Below are positions 27,869 through 41,834 of a stretch of 64,000 nucleotides of DNA, piece by piece. Below the pieces are notes generated by a model. It did not search any database. It saw only the letters and a program-made list of their open reading frames with translations, and was not told the DNA's origin. The stretch is from Octopus vulgaris (lineage: Eukaryota), in assembly GCA_951406725.2 (NCBI GenBank), contig OX597821.1, forward strand, positions 97,092,001 to 97,156,000. The letters run 5' to 3'. Positions within the stretch are counted from its first letter, which is position 1. Every line of letters starts with the position of its first letter. A program made the translations under genes and the position numbers.

Positions 27869-28340
27869 AAATGTTCTAAATTGCAAAACGAAATGCTTGC
27901 AGTGGATTTGAACTCAAGTTCTCTCAGCTGGTAGGCAGTACGACCAGCCGTCACTCGCGAGTATGGCTTGGTAACATGTACAATAAGAAGAAAAGGATAA
28001 GGATCTTTTTCAGTCATATAGACTCATAGGGCCGGTTTTCTGGTTTCTGTGGGGCAAATACTCCTCCCCACCACCTGGACGGGACGCTAGTTTTTGTCAA
28101 CTGAGTGGACTGGAGCAACGTGAAAATGAAGTGTTTTGCTCAAGAGCACAAAGCACCGTTCGGTCCAGTAATCGAAGCCACAATCTTACGGCCATGAGTC
28201 CAACACTCTAACCACTAAGCCACGCACCTCCATATGTACAATACTTACGTTAGATGTTTTGGATTACTACATTGTCATGAGCAGACATAAACACTCTCAC
28301 AGCCCTCGCAGACTCTGACCTTGTGAAACGTTTAGAATGT
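27480..28340 (+). repeat. Local direct duplication, copy 2, with about 215 bp extra at about 27655-27870
   Basis: Same unique and SINE sequence as copy 1. The ORF track shows MTEKDPYPFLLIVHVTKPYSRV twice. Confidence 0.9.
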
Positions 28341-28464
28341 GATATAGATATATAAACGTTTAGAATGTGATATATATATATACATACACACTGTTACCTC
28401 ATTTTAGTAGGTATATTTACCAAAATTACATAAAATTATCTTGAAAAACTAAAGAGCAAATTTA

Positions 28465-29197
28465 TTCAAAAACATCGCCATTAGCTTTCAACCACGGCCT
28501 CCAGACGACTTCGGAATTTCCTGCAACTCTTCTGGACGCTCTCCTTGTTTAAGTTGGTGAATGCTGCCATAATCCTTGCCTTCAGTTCATCTTTGGAATT
28601 ATAAGGAGTTACGTTGGGGTCTCGCTCAACTGGGCCCTACACATTATAATCAAGGGGGTTGCAGTCTGGGGAGTTTGGTTGGCCAGATGTTAGGGGTGAT
28701 ATGATCGCAGGAATTGTCTGACAGCCATGACTGGGTTCTCCTGATATAGAGTCTTCCAGCAGCCACTCTCTTGACCCACAACAGCACTACCTCTTCCAGG
28801 CACTTGATGTAGGCCACCGTGTTGAGCCTGAGGCTGTGTGGGAAGATGAATGGTGGCATAACGTCGCCATCACTAGTGATCACTCCAAACACCATGATAT
28901 TGACTGGGTGTTTGATTTTTATCACTGTCGGTGCATGTCCTCAGATTGCACTGTCCTCAGCTTGACGCCCAAACACTCTGAAATGTTTATATTGGAGCTT
29001 CCGGCGCGAATGCCAAGAAGTACAGCATGTCGTTTCCAAATTCCTGGCAGAGTGAATTGCGGTCATTGTACTGTTTTTATTACGGACAGTGCTCAACTGA
29101 CCCTACTATACTGTGTAGTCGACAAAATCAAAATCAAACAATGCACATGCACGAAATAAAAAATATAAAATGGTGACAATTTACCCATCGCGCCCTG
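28465..29197 (-). mobile_element. Internally deleted Tc1/mariner element, maT/DD37D-like transposase pseudogene
   Basis: KHPVNIMVFGVITSDGDVMPPFIF, then frameshifted PDCNPLDY and RSRLEAVV. One TIR-like end ta|cagggcgcgatgggtaaattgtcacc at 29197. N-terminal piece fused to the catalytic region near 28930. Confidence 0.85.
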
Positions 29198-29291
29198 TAT
29201 ATATGTGTGCGTGTGTGTGTGTATGTATGTGTGTGTATGTATAAATATATATATATATGTATATATATATGTATATATGTATATATATATC

Positions 29292-29565
29292 ACTGTGACC
29301 GACCAGGCTATCAGATGTTGCTACACATCGCTGGTCACAATGCGCTTCGCATTGTTTTAGCCTTCAAATGACGCCACCCCACTGGCTAAGCGAGCAGGCC
29401 AACAGAAGAAAGAGTGAGAGAAAGTTGGGGCGAAAGAGTACAGCAGGGATCACTACCACCCCCTGCCGGAGCCACGTGGAGCTTTAGGTGTTTTCGCTCA
29501 ATAAACACTCAATGCCCGGTCTGGGAAGCGAAACCGCAATCCTACAACTGCGAGTCCGTTGCCCT
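29292..29565 (-). mobile_element. tRNA SINE sharing head and body with 58130-58516 but with a different tail
   Basis: Reverse complement contains ggactcgcagttgtagg...aacacctaaagctccacg...ccctgctgtactctttc. Confidence 0.8.
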
Positions 29566-29599
29566 ATATATATATATATAATACGGTAATAAGTTGCAG

Positions 29600-29800
29600 G
29601 CCATCAACAAAGGTCTGTGGAAGTAATGGTCAACATATCTCGGACAATGTTATTGCTGTTACAAACATCCTGGACCCACACTGAAGTGTACTCACATATC
29701 TGCTGCACTCAGAAGCACCCTACAGTGGCATTAGAATATTGCTCACAAACATGGAACAGCGCTGCTACTTCACACACAAACATTCCATATCACATTAGCG
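29600..29800 (+). pseudogene. Degraded CR1/L2-like reverse transcriptase fragment
   Basis: LEYCSQTWNSAATSH resembles the LEYCS.IW motif of CR1-group RT C-termini. Short match only. Confidence 0.45.
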
Positions 29801-29883
29801 TAGCGTCATACAGTTTCGGTCAAAAGTTTGCAAGCACCGGCAAAAATAAGATTTGGTACTATAATTAATGATATATATATACC

Positions 29884-30265
29884 TCTCTATATATAAACGG
29901 CAGTTTGTCTGTGCGTGTTTCTGTGTGTCTGCTTGCTTGTGCCCTCACCCTGACCACGGCTTTCAACCGATTCTGATGAAACTTGACACACACATAGCCC
30001 AATGTCATAATTCAAAACTAACGCAGCGAAAATTTTGAAAAGTTCCCCCAGTTCTGAAAAAAATAGATAAATTCGACATGGGGTCGAGAATCAGAAACAC
30101 AAACCGCAAACTGTCTAGGGGACGCAACTCCACCTTTTTTTACTCTCCAAAAAAAAATTACCATAATTTTTTTCCATTTTTTTGCTATTTTTTGGCTATA
30201 ACTCTCTTAAAATGCCTTATAGTTATTTCCCTTACAAACCTGAGCAACGCCGGGCGATACTGCTA

Positions 30266-30266
<1 letters not shown>
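29884..30266 (+). mobile_element. Non-autonomous Helitron
   Basis: Begins tctctatatataaacgg and ends cctgagcaacgccgggcgatactgCTAG|t, a subterminal GC hairpin followed by CTAG. Confidence 0.8.
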
Positions 30267-30309
<43 letters not shown>

Positions 30310-30837
30310 GAATGCATTTTATTATAAATCAAACAGTTAAGTTGAAAATTAAGCTGCCAGATTTCATGTAAGGGGTTGAAATGGATTTAGGAAATTCTTG
30401 GAAATTCTTAGGAAAAGAAAAAAAAAAGAGAGAGAAATAAAGATATTGTTTACAAAAGTGCAAATATCAATGTTAAACTACTCAATTCTTGATATGGTAT
30501 CATTTTGATACCGTGTTACCATCAAACAGTGCTGATACAGTCAAGCTTGCATTTTTGATAAAATTGTTACAGTAATCTGGGTTTATCACTTGCGAATAAT
30601 CATGCAGTATCTTATCTTTTTAATTTGAAATTAATGAATCATTATAAAGCTACAATTTTGTTTTAGAAACGATCCAATACATTTTCCATGTGTATCGGGT
30701 TATAAGATGATCCTGACCAGTGTAATATCATTAGCTCTAATCAAGTCTTGCAGTATAGCAGAGTGCACATTCTTTTGGAATGTATTGTAATTATGGATGA
30801 CTTTATCTGTAAGCAACTTCTTCAGATCATTCTGATA

Positions 30838-31000
30838 GGTTAGTTAGTTAGTTAGTTAGTTAATTTTTTGGCTCAAAAAACAAAAAGCGAGGCTATGTAG
30901 GGGGACATGGAGTTATGTACAGGGTGGTGTTCATGTAAAGAGTTCAGGCCACTTGTGGTCAAGGGAGACTTTGAACCGAGCAGCCGTCGGCATCTTCACT
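30838..31000 (-). mobile_element. Probable LINE 3' end terminating in (AACT)n
   Basis: GC-richer segment ending gagccaaaaattaactaactaactaac on the minus strand. Family not established. Confidence 0.4.
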
Positions 31001-31594
31001 ATTAGGTTTTACAGTTTATGGTTGTATACTGAACTATTATCCAAATAAAAGTTTTTGTTTTCCTTTATAGAAATGACCCCCATAATAAAATGAGACGGCG
31101 TTACTTCATTCTTACATGTGTATGTCTGGAATTATACTTGAGTTTGATTGCCTATGAACGAAAGAACATCAGATGTTAATTGTTTAATTGGCTCTTGAGT
31201 CATTAAGCAAGGCATTAAGACAGTTTTCCTAGTTCCACTTTTTATGATGCCTGTAAAATTACAGACAGTCCTGGGTGAAGTTTTGATGTTTTGTCGCAAT
31301 AACCCTTCCCTCTCTTTATTTTTTACAACTGTACTTATAAGTCCCTGGCTGATTCAACTAGTGGGGAAGCAGAGAACACATAAAGACGATGAATCATTCA
31401 ATCAATATGATGAATTGTGACACGCGACGTGCTCGATCTGCTAAATGATTTGTATCCACTATACGAACGAAATCAACACAATGTTTCCCGGACAGTACTA
31501 ATAGTTACATTTTGATGGGTTCATATCTTCTTAAATACGAGACCATTGCCAAGTAAAAAGATGCCTCCTGGGTGAAATGTCAAAAAGAAGACAA

Positions 31595-31817
31595 GGCGGC
31601 GACCTGGCAGAATCGTTAGCGCACCAGGCAAAATGCTGAACACCAGTATTTTGTACGTCTTTACGTTCTGAGTTCAAATTCCTCAGCGGTCGACTGCGTC
31701 TTTCATCCTTTCGGGGTCGATAAAATAAGTACCAGTTGAGCACTAAGGTCGATGCACTCAGTCAACTTACAACTTCTCACAAAATTGTTGGCCTTGTGCC
31801 AAAATTTGAAACCAATA
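31595..31817 (+). mobile_element. Deu/Nin SINE, older subfamily
   Basis: ggcggcgacctggcagaatcgttagc...tttcatcctttcggggtcgataaaataagtaccag...ggccttgtgccaaaatttgaaacc. Confidence 0.85.
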
Positions 31818-32942
31818 TTTCATACTTCATTACGCATAATATATGAGAGATTAATTAACATGTCACGTACAAATATCTAATATATAGCTAGTATTTGTCT
31901 TTATATCAAAATATACAGAAAAATATTAAATTGCATCTTTGTATTCAGTCTTTTAAGAAGGTTTGTACATCTAGAATAGTGTCGCTAGCATACACACATG
32001 CACACACACACATGCACACACACACACACACATTCACGTCCTAGACCCATATTATAGTACTGCTTATATATCTGGGACAGTAATGTTGTTGAACATACAA
32101 ACACTTAAGAACAATTCAGTGTACTGCTCACACAGCTTAGACAATGTTTCTGCTACACATAGAAACATCCAAAACCAAGAGAACTACTCACATACTCTGA
32201 GCAGTGGTGCTACATACACAGACACTCAAGATCATATTAGAAATGCCGTCATATATCTGGAAGAGAGATGCTCCAGTCACATATACAAACAACCTATTGC
32301 GCATAAGAATACTACTCACATATATGGGGTAGTACTGTTGGTAAACGCCAATACCCAAGGCTCACGTTCGAAACGAAGCCATTTTGCAACCACTGTTATA
32401 TAATCACAGACTCAAAGGTATGCTGTTTCTTCTCCAATACCCTTTGCCATTCTGACCAAGGAGATAGTATATATTTTCCATCAAGCTCTGCCTGATGTAT
32501 CGGTTCGTTTCCGCTTGCTATATCAACTGCATCTCACTTTCGAAATTGGCTGTAGATATGTCCTAAACACTTTACCCAACCATCATCCAAAAGTAAATTT
32601 TAAAATAAAAAAAAAATTGTTTCCCTTCTGGTAGTCCATACTTTTATATGTTCCCCCACCCCGCAGAAATTGAACATTAACTGCATGGATTTCACCAGTC
32701 TAGGTGTACCTCCCAAAAGTCATAGACAACGTTCTCCTACTAATAAATCATATGCCAAAGAAAATACTAGATATACGGTTATAAGCAAAGTGAGTTATTA
32801 AAAAAAAGAGGAAACTCCACAGAGATACTAGTAACAATATATACTTCAAATATCGATAAGCATAATAGCAAATATAATATATATTCAAATATTGATCACA
32901 CATGTAGAGAAATACTTTCATACACACACGCACGCGCGCGCG

Positions 32943-32991
<49 letters not shown>

Positions 32992-33574
32992 TAAATATGC
33001 TATTATCATCGTTCTATGTTGTTCTGCACACCAGACTGCCCTTTGACATTTACAGTAGACTTTTTGTTTTTCTACAAGAAGGGCTTGTTAACCCCTTGCT
33101 CAGGCCCTTTTCCATTTCTGGAATAAGGGAGTGGTCTTTCACGACGCATCTTAGCGGATTCTGAAGGAGAAGGCAAGGGAGAGAGGCACAACTAAAAACA
33201 AACAGACGGACAGAATAAGAGAAGCAGAGAGAAGACTAGATATTCCAATACTTGATTGGCATTTCATTTATCGACCCCAGAAGGATGAAAACTTAGCAGG
33301 TTCTGGAAAAGAGGGAAAGGAAGAGAGACACAGACAAAGACAGACAAAATAAAAGAAACAGAGAGAAGACTAGATCCTCTAATACTTGACTGGTACTTCA
33401 TCTATCGACCCCAGAAGGATAAAGAGTAGAGTTGTTCTCAGCGAGTTTTTGAACTTGAAGCTCAGAGAATGAGAAACATTTAACGGCAAAATCCCCTATC
33501 GAATGCTCCAAAGACTCTGTCAACAGATACATACTTAGCAATATAACATTTTTCTGATACTGGTTGCTACTGAT

Positions 33575-33790
33575 GTTATTGTTTAACCTCGGGTCAAATC
33601 TGATCAAGCAGAACTATGATCGATAACATTCTGGTCTACCCTTAAAACGACTAGTCTGTCACCTACGGGTAGGCAGGAAGATTATATATTATCTAACCTG
33701 TTCCTGTTTTCTTCAAAACAGTGGGTTATGATTCGAGGGAGATTGGCTGATATTTCTAGCAGATCGAGCACCCACGATCGAGCTCCTTCA
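33575..33790 (+). mobile_element. Old dispersed repeat family, unclassified
   Basis: Motifs ggtcaaatctgatcaagcaga...gagggagattggctg.tatttctagcag. Related pieces near 7395-7590, 20540-20700, 25120-25430 (-), 36500-36740, 40790-41210 and 46390-46565 (-). Confidence 0.6.
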
Positions 33791-34328
33791 TTTCTACACG
33801 ATAGCATTGGTAGCGATAACAATTATTGATAGTTCTAGCTTTTAGTTGTACATAATACATTGAAATTATTGACCACGTATGGAGAGCTTTACTTTCAGAT
33901 ATTCGACTTCAGAATTTTATTTATTGACGTTTTTCTTGTTAATCTCCTTGGAGTTGGAAGATGGTTTACGCATCAACCAGGATAGTGGCTGATTGTAATG
34001 ACCGGCTTGAAATTTGATGGGGGTTTTCTTCTCTTTAAATTTAGAGAATGGCAGGCCCTCAAACAGAAAGCGGAATTATGCCGCAATTGCAGAGGAGAAA
34101 CGTGATTTATGTAGTACAAGTGATGATGAAAGCGGTTGACAGTGGTAGTACATCAAACAGAAAGCAACAGGTCCTGTACAGAAGTGGAACGATTGAGTTG
34201 ATAAGTCCAGAGTTCTAATAGGTTTTATTTATGCCCATTTTCATTCTGGGTTCAAATTCTTCAGTGCTGGCCGTTTCCACCATGGAACTGAACAATAAAA
34301 TACTATAATAATAATAATAATAATAATG

Positions 34329-34399
<71 letters not shown>

Positions 34400-34405
34400 A
34401 ATAAT

Positions 34406-34757
34406 ATACCGGCAGATGACAACGTGTCTCTAAAAGAAATGGAGAAACTTTCAAAATACAAAGACCTGGAAATAGAGGTAACCAGAATGTGGAATCTAAA
34501 AACAGAAACAATTCCTATCATAGTAGGTGCATTAGGCATGATGAAAAAATATTCAGACAAATACATAACAAAAACACCAGGACTTACAAACACATATAAC
34601 ATACAGAAAATTGCACTACTAGGCACTGCACACATCCTACGCAGAACACTTTCAATACAATAACCATCAGAGCATCACAACAAATCACAGCACATACCCA
34701 AGGCACACAGAGCTGCGCTCGGTAGTGAAGTGAAAGCACGCTATAAAAATAAAACTA

Positions 34758-34761
<4 letters not shown>
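34406..34761 (+). mobile_element. 5'-truncated R4/Dong non-LTR retrotransposon (REL endonuclease C-terminus and 3' UTR) in (TAA)n
   Basis: Open frame IPADDNVSLKEMEKLSKYKDLEIEVTRMW...PIIVGALG...IQKIALLGTAHILRRTLSIQ* ending at 34663. TAA tracts on both sides. Confidence 0.9.
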
Positions 34762-34825
<64 letters not shown>

Positions 34826-34836
34826 TAATAATAATG

Positions 34837-34934
<98 letters not shown>

Positions 34935-35525
34935 AATGGTTTCAAATTTTACCACAAGGGCAGTCAGTTTGGAGAGGGGATGAGTCAATTACATCGATCC
35001 CCAGTATTTCACTGGTACTGATTTCAGCGATCCCGAAAGGGATGAAGGCAAATTTCAATATGGTTTGGGTCAATAATATATGAATGAATTGATTCAGTCG
35101 ATTGCATTTCTCCCTTAATATGTCCGCCCATCTGGGATAATTTAAACATAGATAATTACGTATTATTTTCTCTATGCCATGTAAAATCTCCATTATTTTT
35201 GTGTTTTGTGCTCATGTGGCAATAAAGCAATATGAAGTGCAACAGAAAAACATCCCATATTTTAAACGGTCAAGAATGATGAATCTCGGAGGTTTTTTTG
35301 TGCCTCATACTGTATTACAGGCGGAGAGTTGGCAGAATTGTTAAAGTGTCTGACAAAATGCCTTGTGGTATTTTCCCAGGCTCTTCGTGTTTTGAGTTCA
35401 AATTCTGACCGGGTCAACTTTCTTTTTCTCACCGATAAAATAACGCATAAAATAAAGAGAGCGATGATATCGATTAACCACTACATTCAAATTTCTGGCC
35501 ATTCTATCTAAACTGGAAACGATTA

Positions 35526-35596
<71 letters not shown>

Positions 35597-35603
35597 ATCA
35601 TCA

Positions 35604-35692
<89 letters not shown>

Positions 35693-35712
35693 ATCATCAT
35701 CATTATTATTAT

Positions 35713-36160
35713 TGAGTGAGAGAGCAGTGCATGCCACCAAAATGACATTGGGGTAAAATATACGAAGCCCAGTTCTCTCATCATGACTACCCGTCTGATA
35801 AGGGTACATCACACACATGCATCGCAACCATATGTGCGTGACATATCTCATATCAAGATAAGCAGCGCATGAACTTGCAGGTGGAAACCAGTCGGAATTT
35901 TCTTCAGGTCGAGTAGCCCATCCCGCTCAAAGGGTCCCTGAATAAGGCTTGTTTTTAAGATGATGAACGAAGCACCCATCTTTCCAAAGGTGAATTATTC
36001 AAACCCCAAAGAATTTCTCTCAGCACATGGTTATGATGTTCCTCTTCTTTTTCTACATGTGATCAGAGAGGCACATACCATCAGCCATAAGGGACATGCT
36101 CAACTGGTTAAGGTTCAAAATCTGTGGTATTGAGCAGAATATTTGCTGGAGCCCATCTTT
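35713..36160 (-). mobile_element. Second copy of the (AAT)n-embedded retroposon
   Basis: Reverse complement of about 10544-11008. Confidence 0.75.
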
Positions 36161-36210
36161 CATTATTATTATTATCAGTATTTTTATTATTATTATTATT
36201 GTTGTTGTTG

Positions 36211-36259
<49 letters not shown>

Positions 36260-37096
36260 CTATTATAGTATTGTATTGTTCAGTTCCATAAATCACTGGT
36301 CGATACAGCCAGCACAGAAGAACGTTGCTTGTATTCAAGACCACATTGCATATTCCGACACGGTTTATCGTATGATGGTGTTGTACTATTTTCCCAACTG
36401 TTCATTCTGGTTCTGTATGCCTGTAGGTTCTGGCAGAAGCTTCAGCAGAGCTCACAGCTCGATAGTTACTATTCCTCCTCACTTATCTTTGGTGATCTAT
36501 GTCCCAGGATGGTGTTGCAGTAGAAGTTGCTATTTGTCCTCAAATCGAACCTGATCGTGCAGACGTATGACCGAAAGCGTTACAACCGTGACTATCAGCC
36601 TTTATCAAACATAGTCTACTCCTAATTATATTATTCAATGAATTCTTCCTCTTTTTGATGTCGAAGGTGTGTGCGTGTGATTTTGAAGGAGTGATTTTTA
36701 CTACTACCTCTAACTGGTCGAGCGACCACGTTGAAGTTCCGGATATGTTGGGACAGAGTGGGTGATATAGTGTTGTTATGACTGTGTTGAAGCCATGGCC
36801 TTGGATGTAGTAGATGTGTCTAGACGAAGTGAGAGGCGTAGTAGTGTTAGGATAATGCTGTAATAGTGTTCTGGGACATTGTAGACATGTCTGGAGCTAA
36901 GTTTCCAGGACAGAGTCGTTGCGATGGTGCTATAATAATGCTCTAAGTCTTGAGGATCATTTGCATCGGTAATGACACAGACTATGCGGCAAAATATTTA
37001 CCCTTCATATTACACCGATTTTAAAAAATGTACAGTTTAACGAAATCAGAGATTATAGTGTCCTGAAGTAGGGCTTTACATGTATGTATGAGAGTA

Positions 37097-37302
37097 TCTT
37101 TTACCTGTTTCAGTTATTTTACTGCGACCATGCTGGTGCACCGCCTTGAAGGGTTTTAGTCGAATAAATCGACCACAAGGCTTATTTTTTAAAAGTCTAT
37201 CGGTCTCTTTTGCCGAACCGCTAAGTTACGGTGACATAAACACATCAATATTGGTTGTCAAGTGGTTGGGGAACAAGTACAAAGACACATACACACATAG
37301 AT

Positions 37303-37400
<98 letters not shown>

Positions 37401-37562
37401 GACGAGCTTCTTTCAGTTTCTATCTACCAAATCCACTCACAAGGCATTGGTCGGTCCGCGGCTATAGTAGAAAACAGTTACCTACGGTGCCATGCAGTGG
37501 GACTGAACCCGGAACCATGTGGTTGAAAAAAAAGCTTCTTATCACACAGCCACGCTTGCGCC
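37097..37562 (-). mobile_element. CORE-type tRNA SINE
   Basis: Reverse complement of the 16808 family, with expanded internal (CA)/(TA). Confidence 0.9.
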
Positions 37563-37881
37563 ATTTAAAAGTTGTGTCTCTGGTTGGATGTGTCTTCATT
37601 CGTTTTCATATACCTGCAATGGAAATACGATAATTAGCAAAGAAATTCTAGTGACGAGCAGTTCTGGATGCCTTAAGATCTCACTAAAATGTACCTAAGC
37701 ACCGACAACAAGCGAGTGGTTTAGACAGAATAAAGATTTTTAGTCTTTTTCTGCTGTTTATCCGCAACCATACCAACTCGGAAAAAAAAAAAAAAAAAAA
37801 ACAGAACAACTTCAGCTGACTTTAGATTAAATATTTTTTTACTATTCTTGCAGAAAGAATAGAAAAAATATTTTATATTAC

Positions 37882-38091
37882 ACTTTTACTCTTTTACTTG
37901 TTTCAGTCATTTGACTGCGGCCATGCTGGAGCACCGCCTTTAGTCGAGCAAATCGACCCCGGGACTTATTCTTTGTAAGCCCAGTACTTATTCTATCTGT
38001 CTCTTTTGCCGAACGGGGACGTAAACACACCAGCATCGGTTGTCAAGCGATGATGGGGGCTACAAACACAGACAGACAAACACACACATAC

Positions 38092-38143
<52 letters not shown>

Positions 38144-38303
38144 GACAGGCTTCTTTTCAGTTTCCGTCTACCAAATCCACTCACAAGGCATTGGTCGACC
38201 CGGGGCTATAGCAGAAGACACTTGCCCAAGTTGCCACGCAGTGGGGCTGAACCCGGAACCATGTGGTTGGTTAGCAAGCTACTTACCACACAGCCACTCC
38301 TGC
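37882..38303 (-). mobile_element. CORE-type tRNA SINE
   Basis: Reverse complement of the 16808 family. Confidence 0.9.
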
Positions 38304-38889
38304 TTGTTGACTTTATATAATATAGGACGCTACAGTCTATGGTAAACTGAAGGCGAACATGCGGGACACTATTCGTAATGATAGCAGAAATCAATTGTAC
38401 GTCATCCAATCAAAAAGCAGCGTATTGGAAATTTAGTGTAGGTGATATTATTGAGTTGAGAAGAACATACAGCAATCACGCGGCCTCTGCTACACTGTTC
38501 TACTATCATTCTGCACACATTCACACTCATTATATTCATTCACACATACATACATACAGATAGACAGACAGACAGACATACAGACAGAGGCAAACAGGCA
38601 GACGAACAGAAACAGACAGATAGAAAGATAGGCATACATACATACACAAACACACAGATTTTTACAAGTGTATGTACGTACGTACACACAGATTTTTACA
38701 AGTGTACGTACGTACGTACATACGTCATAGCCAAAATAACAAAACCAATTTGATTTGTTTGTACGATAAACAAACAACAAACAACAACACACGTACACGC
38801 AAATCACATATACACATAAAAATGTATTCTCGCATATGCTCCTCTTCTATCTGCCGCCACAGCACATGTAAACGTACAGAAGGCTATAT

Positions 38890-39080
38890 AAATGATGATG
38901 ATGATGATGATGATGATGAATGGCCAGCATGGTCAGGATGGTGGTAGTGGTGGTGGTGGTGGTGGTGAGGTGTGATTACGATCATGTGGGTAACGATGAT
39001 GTGCACTGTGGTTTTGCGATGGTATTGTTGTCGGTGGCGGTGGTGTTGACAGTAGAAGTCGCAGTCGATAGTGATGATGT

Positions 39081-39111
<31 letters not shown>

Positions 39112-40220
39112 TGTGGTGGTGGTGGTGGTAATGGTGGTGGTGGTGATGGTGAGGGTGGTGATGGTGTTCATAATAGTAGTGATGGTGGTGGTGGTGGTGG
39201 TGGTGATGGTGGTATGGTGGTGGTGATGGTGTTCATAATAGTAGTGATGATATTATGACCCTGATGGTAACGCAGCTACCATCATAAGGATGGTGCTGGA
39301 TGCGATGCTGTTGCTGATGGTGGTGGCGGTGGTGATGTCGATGTTCATAATGGAAATGTTGATGTTTTACAATGGTGTCGATGGTGTTGGCGTTGATGCT
39401 TATAGTGGTGGCAATAGTAGCACTCCTGATCATGGTAGTGGTAGTGGTGGTGATGGTGATGGATGCTGATGTTTATAATGGTGATGACGTGTGATGGTGT
39501 TCATGTTTACGGTGGTGGTGGTGATGGTATTGACACTGATGTTTATAATGGTGGGCATGGTGATGGTGACGACAACGACGATGATGATGATGATAATGGT
39601 AATGATGATGACGCTGTTTTTAGTGGTGATAATGGTGATGATGTTTATAATGGTGTTGATGGAAGAGGTAACTGATGGCGGTGGTGGCGGCAGTGGTGGT
39701 GATGATGGTGTTGATATTTAATAGTGGTTATAATGCCTGTGTTGTTGATGTTTATAATAGTGGTGGTGGTGGTGGTGGTGGTGGTGGTGGTGGTGGTGGT
39801 GGTGCTAATGTTTATTGTGGTGGCGATGGTGGTGATGATGATGGCGGTAACCCTGATAAAGCTAATAGTGGCGATGGTGGTGGTGGTTTTGGAGGTGATG
39901 GTGGTAGGTGGTAGTGGTGGTGGTGGTGGTAGTAGTGGTGTAGGTGGTGGTGGTGGTGGTTGTGGTGGTTGTGGTGGTGGTGGTGGTTGTGGTGGTGATG
40001 GTGGTAGTCGTGGTGTGTTGAAGATAGTGATAGTAATGATGGCTGGGGTGGCAGAAAAGGTGATAGCTGTAGTGGTAGCAATGGTTCATGGTTGTGTCGG
40101 TGGCGGTGGTGGTGATGGTGGTGGTGGTGGTGGTGGTGGTGGTGGTGGTGGTGGTGGTGGTGGCGGCGGCGATGATGTTTAACGTAATGGCGACTGTGAT
40201 GCTGATGGCAATGGTAACAA
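38890..40220. repeat. (GGT)/(GAT) cryptic trinucleotide low-complexity block
   Basis: Direct inspection. Similar block at 42770-43590, and complementary-strand blocks at 44880-46950. Confidence 0.9.
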
Positions 40221-40481
40221 CAGCAGAAGTATAAACAACACTTCCCACAGCATGTACAACAGCATGTATTTATCAGAAGATCAAACAACGGTAGATTGTG
40301 CATTATAGAATGGTAGAGTCGGTAGAGCAACAAGTTTGTAAGTTTGCCTTTCCTAACTCCCGAGTTCAAATGCTGCTAGAGACTAACTTTACCTTTCTCA
40401 GGTAAACTTGATTCCTTTCTCAGGTAAAGTTGTGGGCTGATAAAACTAACAACCTTAGTCATCACGATTTAGATTCTGTTG

Positions 40482-40614
40482 CAGTCATGGCCAGCCTGCG
40501 GCCCGCGGGACTTCTGAATGACATGCATAACGAAAGCTTTTTAGTAGTGCGGCTTGCCTGATAATAATCCATGTCTCTTGCGGCCCACTTGTCCTAAAAG
40601 GTTGCTCGTGCCTG
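40482..40614. mobile_element. hAT (Charlie-like) MITE
   Basis: Ends cagtcatggccagcct and aggttgctcgtgcctg, subterminal gcggccc motifs, degraded 8 bp TSD ttctgttg/ttctatag. Confidence 0.7.
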
Positions 40615-41397
40615 TTCTATAGTCTATGCCCGACCCCGACTTGAGGGAAAGTTGTCTACTATTTCTAACAGGTCGAGCGACCACGTGTATGTCATCTCAA
40701 TGTTAGTAGTAGTTTTTAAGAGGGTAAGTATACTGCCATTTTCAGCAGATCAAGCGTCCATGCAGGAACTCCTTTATTAATTCGTATTGTTAGTGATGTT
40801 CAACCTCAGGGTCAACCTCAGGGTAAACTTCAGGGTTAACCACAGAATAAGCAAACCCTATGATAAAAGGCATTACAATCATGATCCTCCTGATTGCTAT
40901 TTATAAAACAAAATCTATTTAATGTAACATTTTCTCTTTAAGACGGTTGGGTGTGATATGCGGGAATTTTAGCTGTTATTTCTAGCAAATTGAATAAAAA
41001 CATAGCAACTCCCACGTTGGTTCATTTTTGTTACTACTGCTGTTCGTGTTCATGGTACTGCGATTGTTAATATTCATCTTCACCATCCAATCCTTTTCCC
41101 CAAAAGTACCCACCTTAATCCAATATGATCTTTCCCAAGGCAGAAAGAGTGTGTCATTTGAAGGAGAGTTGCTATTTCTAGTAGACCCAGCAACCATGTA
41201 GAAGTTCTGACGTGCTATTGTTATGGTTCCAGATATACCTAATCCTTAAGTTATCTCCCCTTTACTTTAACGGTCGCTAACATCTGCCACATTTTTTTTA
41301 ATGAATTTTTGACGACGAGGTGAAATCCAATTGATTGAGAATTCTTGGTATGCGCCTTTCAGCACATTATCCTCTCCTTGAATTATATTGATATAGC

Positions 41398-41834
41398 GGC
41401 ACAGGTGTGACTGTGTGGAAAAGAAGGTTACTTCCCATCCATGTTGTCAAAGGTTCAGTCCCACTGCAGGGCAACTTGTCTTCTACTATAACCCCATAAT
41501 CTTCTATTATAGCTCTGGGTCGACCAAAGCCTTTCGAGTGCATTTGATAGACGAAACTGTGTGTATGTGTTTGTGTGTACCTTTGTCTGTACAGTACGCA
41601 GTGGTTGTAAATGAGCATCATCGTCGTGCAAGCGAGGTTGTTCGTCTCCAGGCATCCGTGAAAAATATGTCTGCGTAGGTATGCGAAAATATTACTTGGA
41701 AACAGTTGAGGGCTGTTGACAGGAAGGGCATCCGGCCATATAAAATCTTTCTCAACAAATACCGTCCAATCTATGCGAGCATTGAAAAGTGAACATTAAA
41801 TGACATTGATGATGATGATGATGATGATGATGAT
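41398..41834 (+). mobile_element. CORE-type SINE with an alternative RTE-like (GAT)n tail
   Basis: Head matches the 16808 family. 3' half matches the 23575-23687 tail. Confidence 0.75.

Noticed and set aside
25625-28017. Duplicated ORF MTEKDPYPFLLIVHVTKPYSRV as a gene pair
   Set aside because: Arises from the local duplication, starts in a SINE tail, and runs into SINE or (TA)n sequence.
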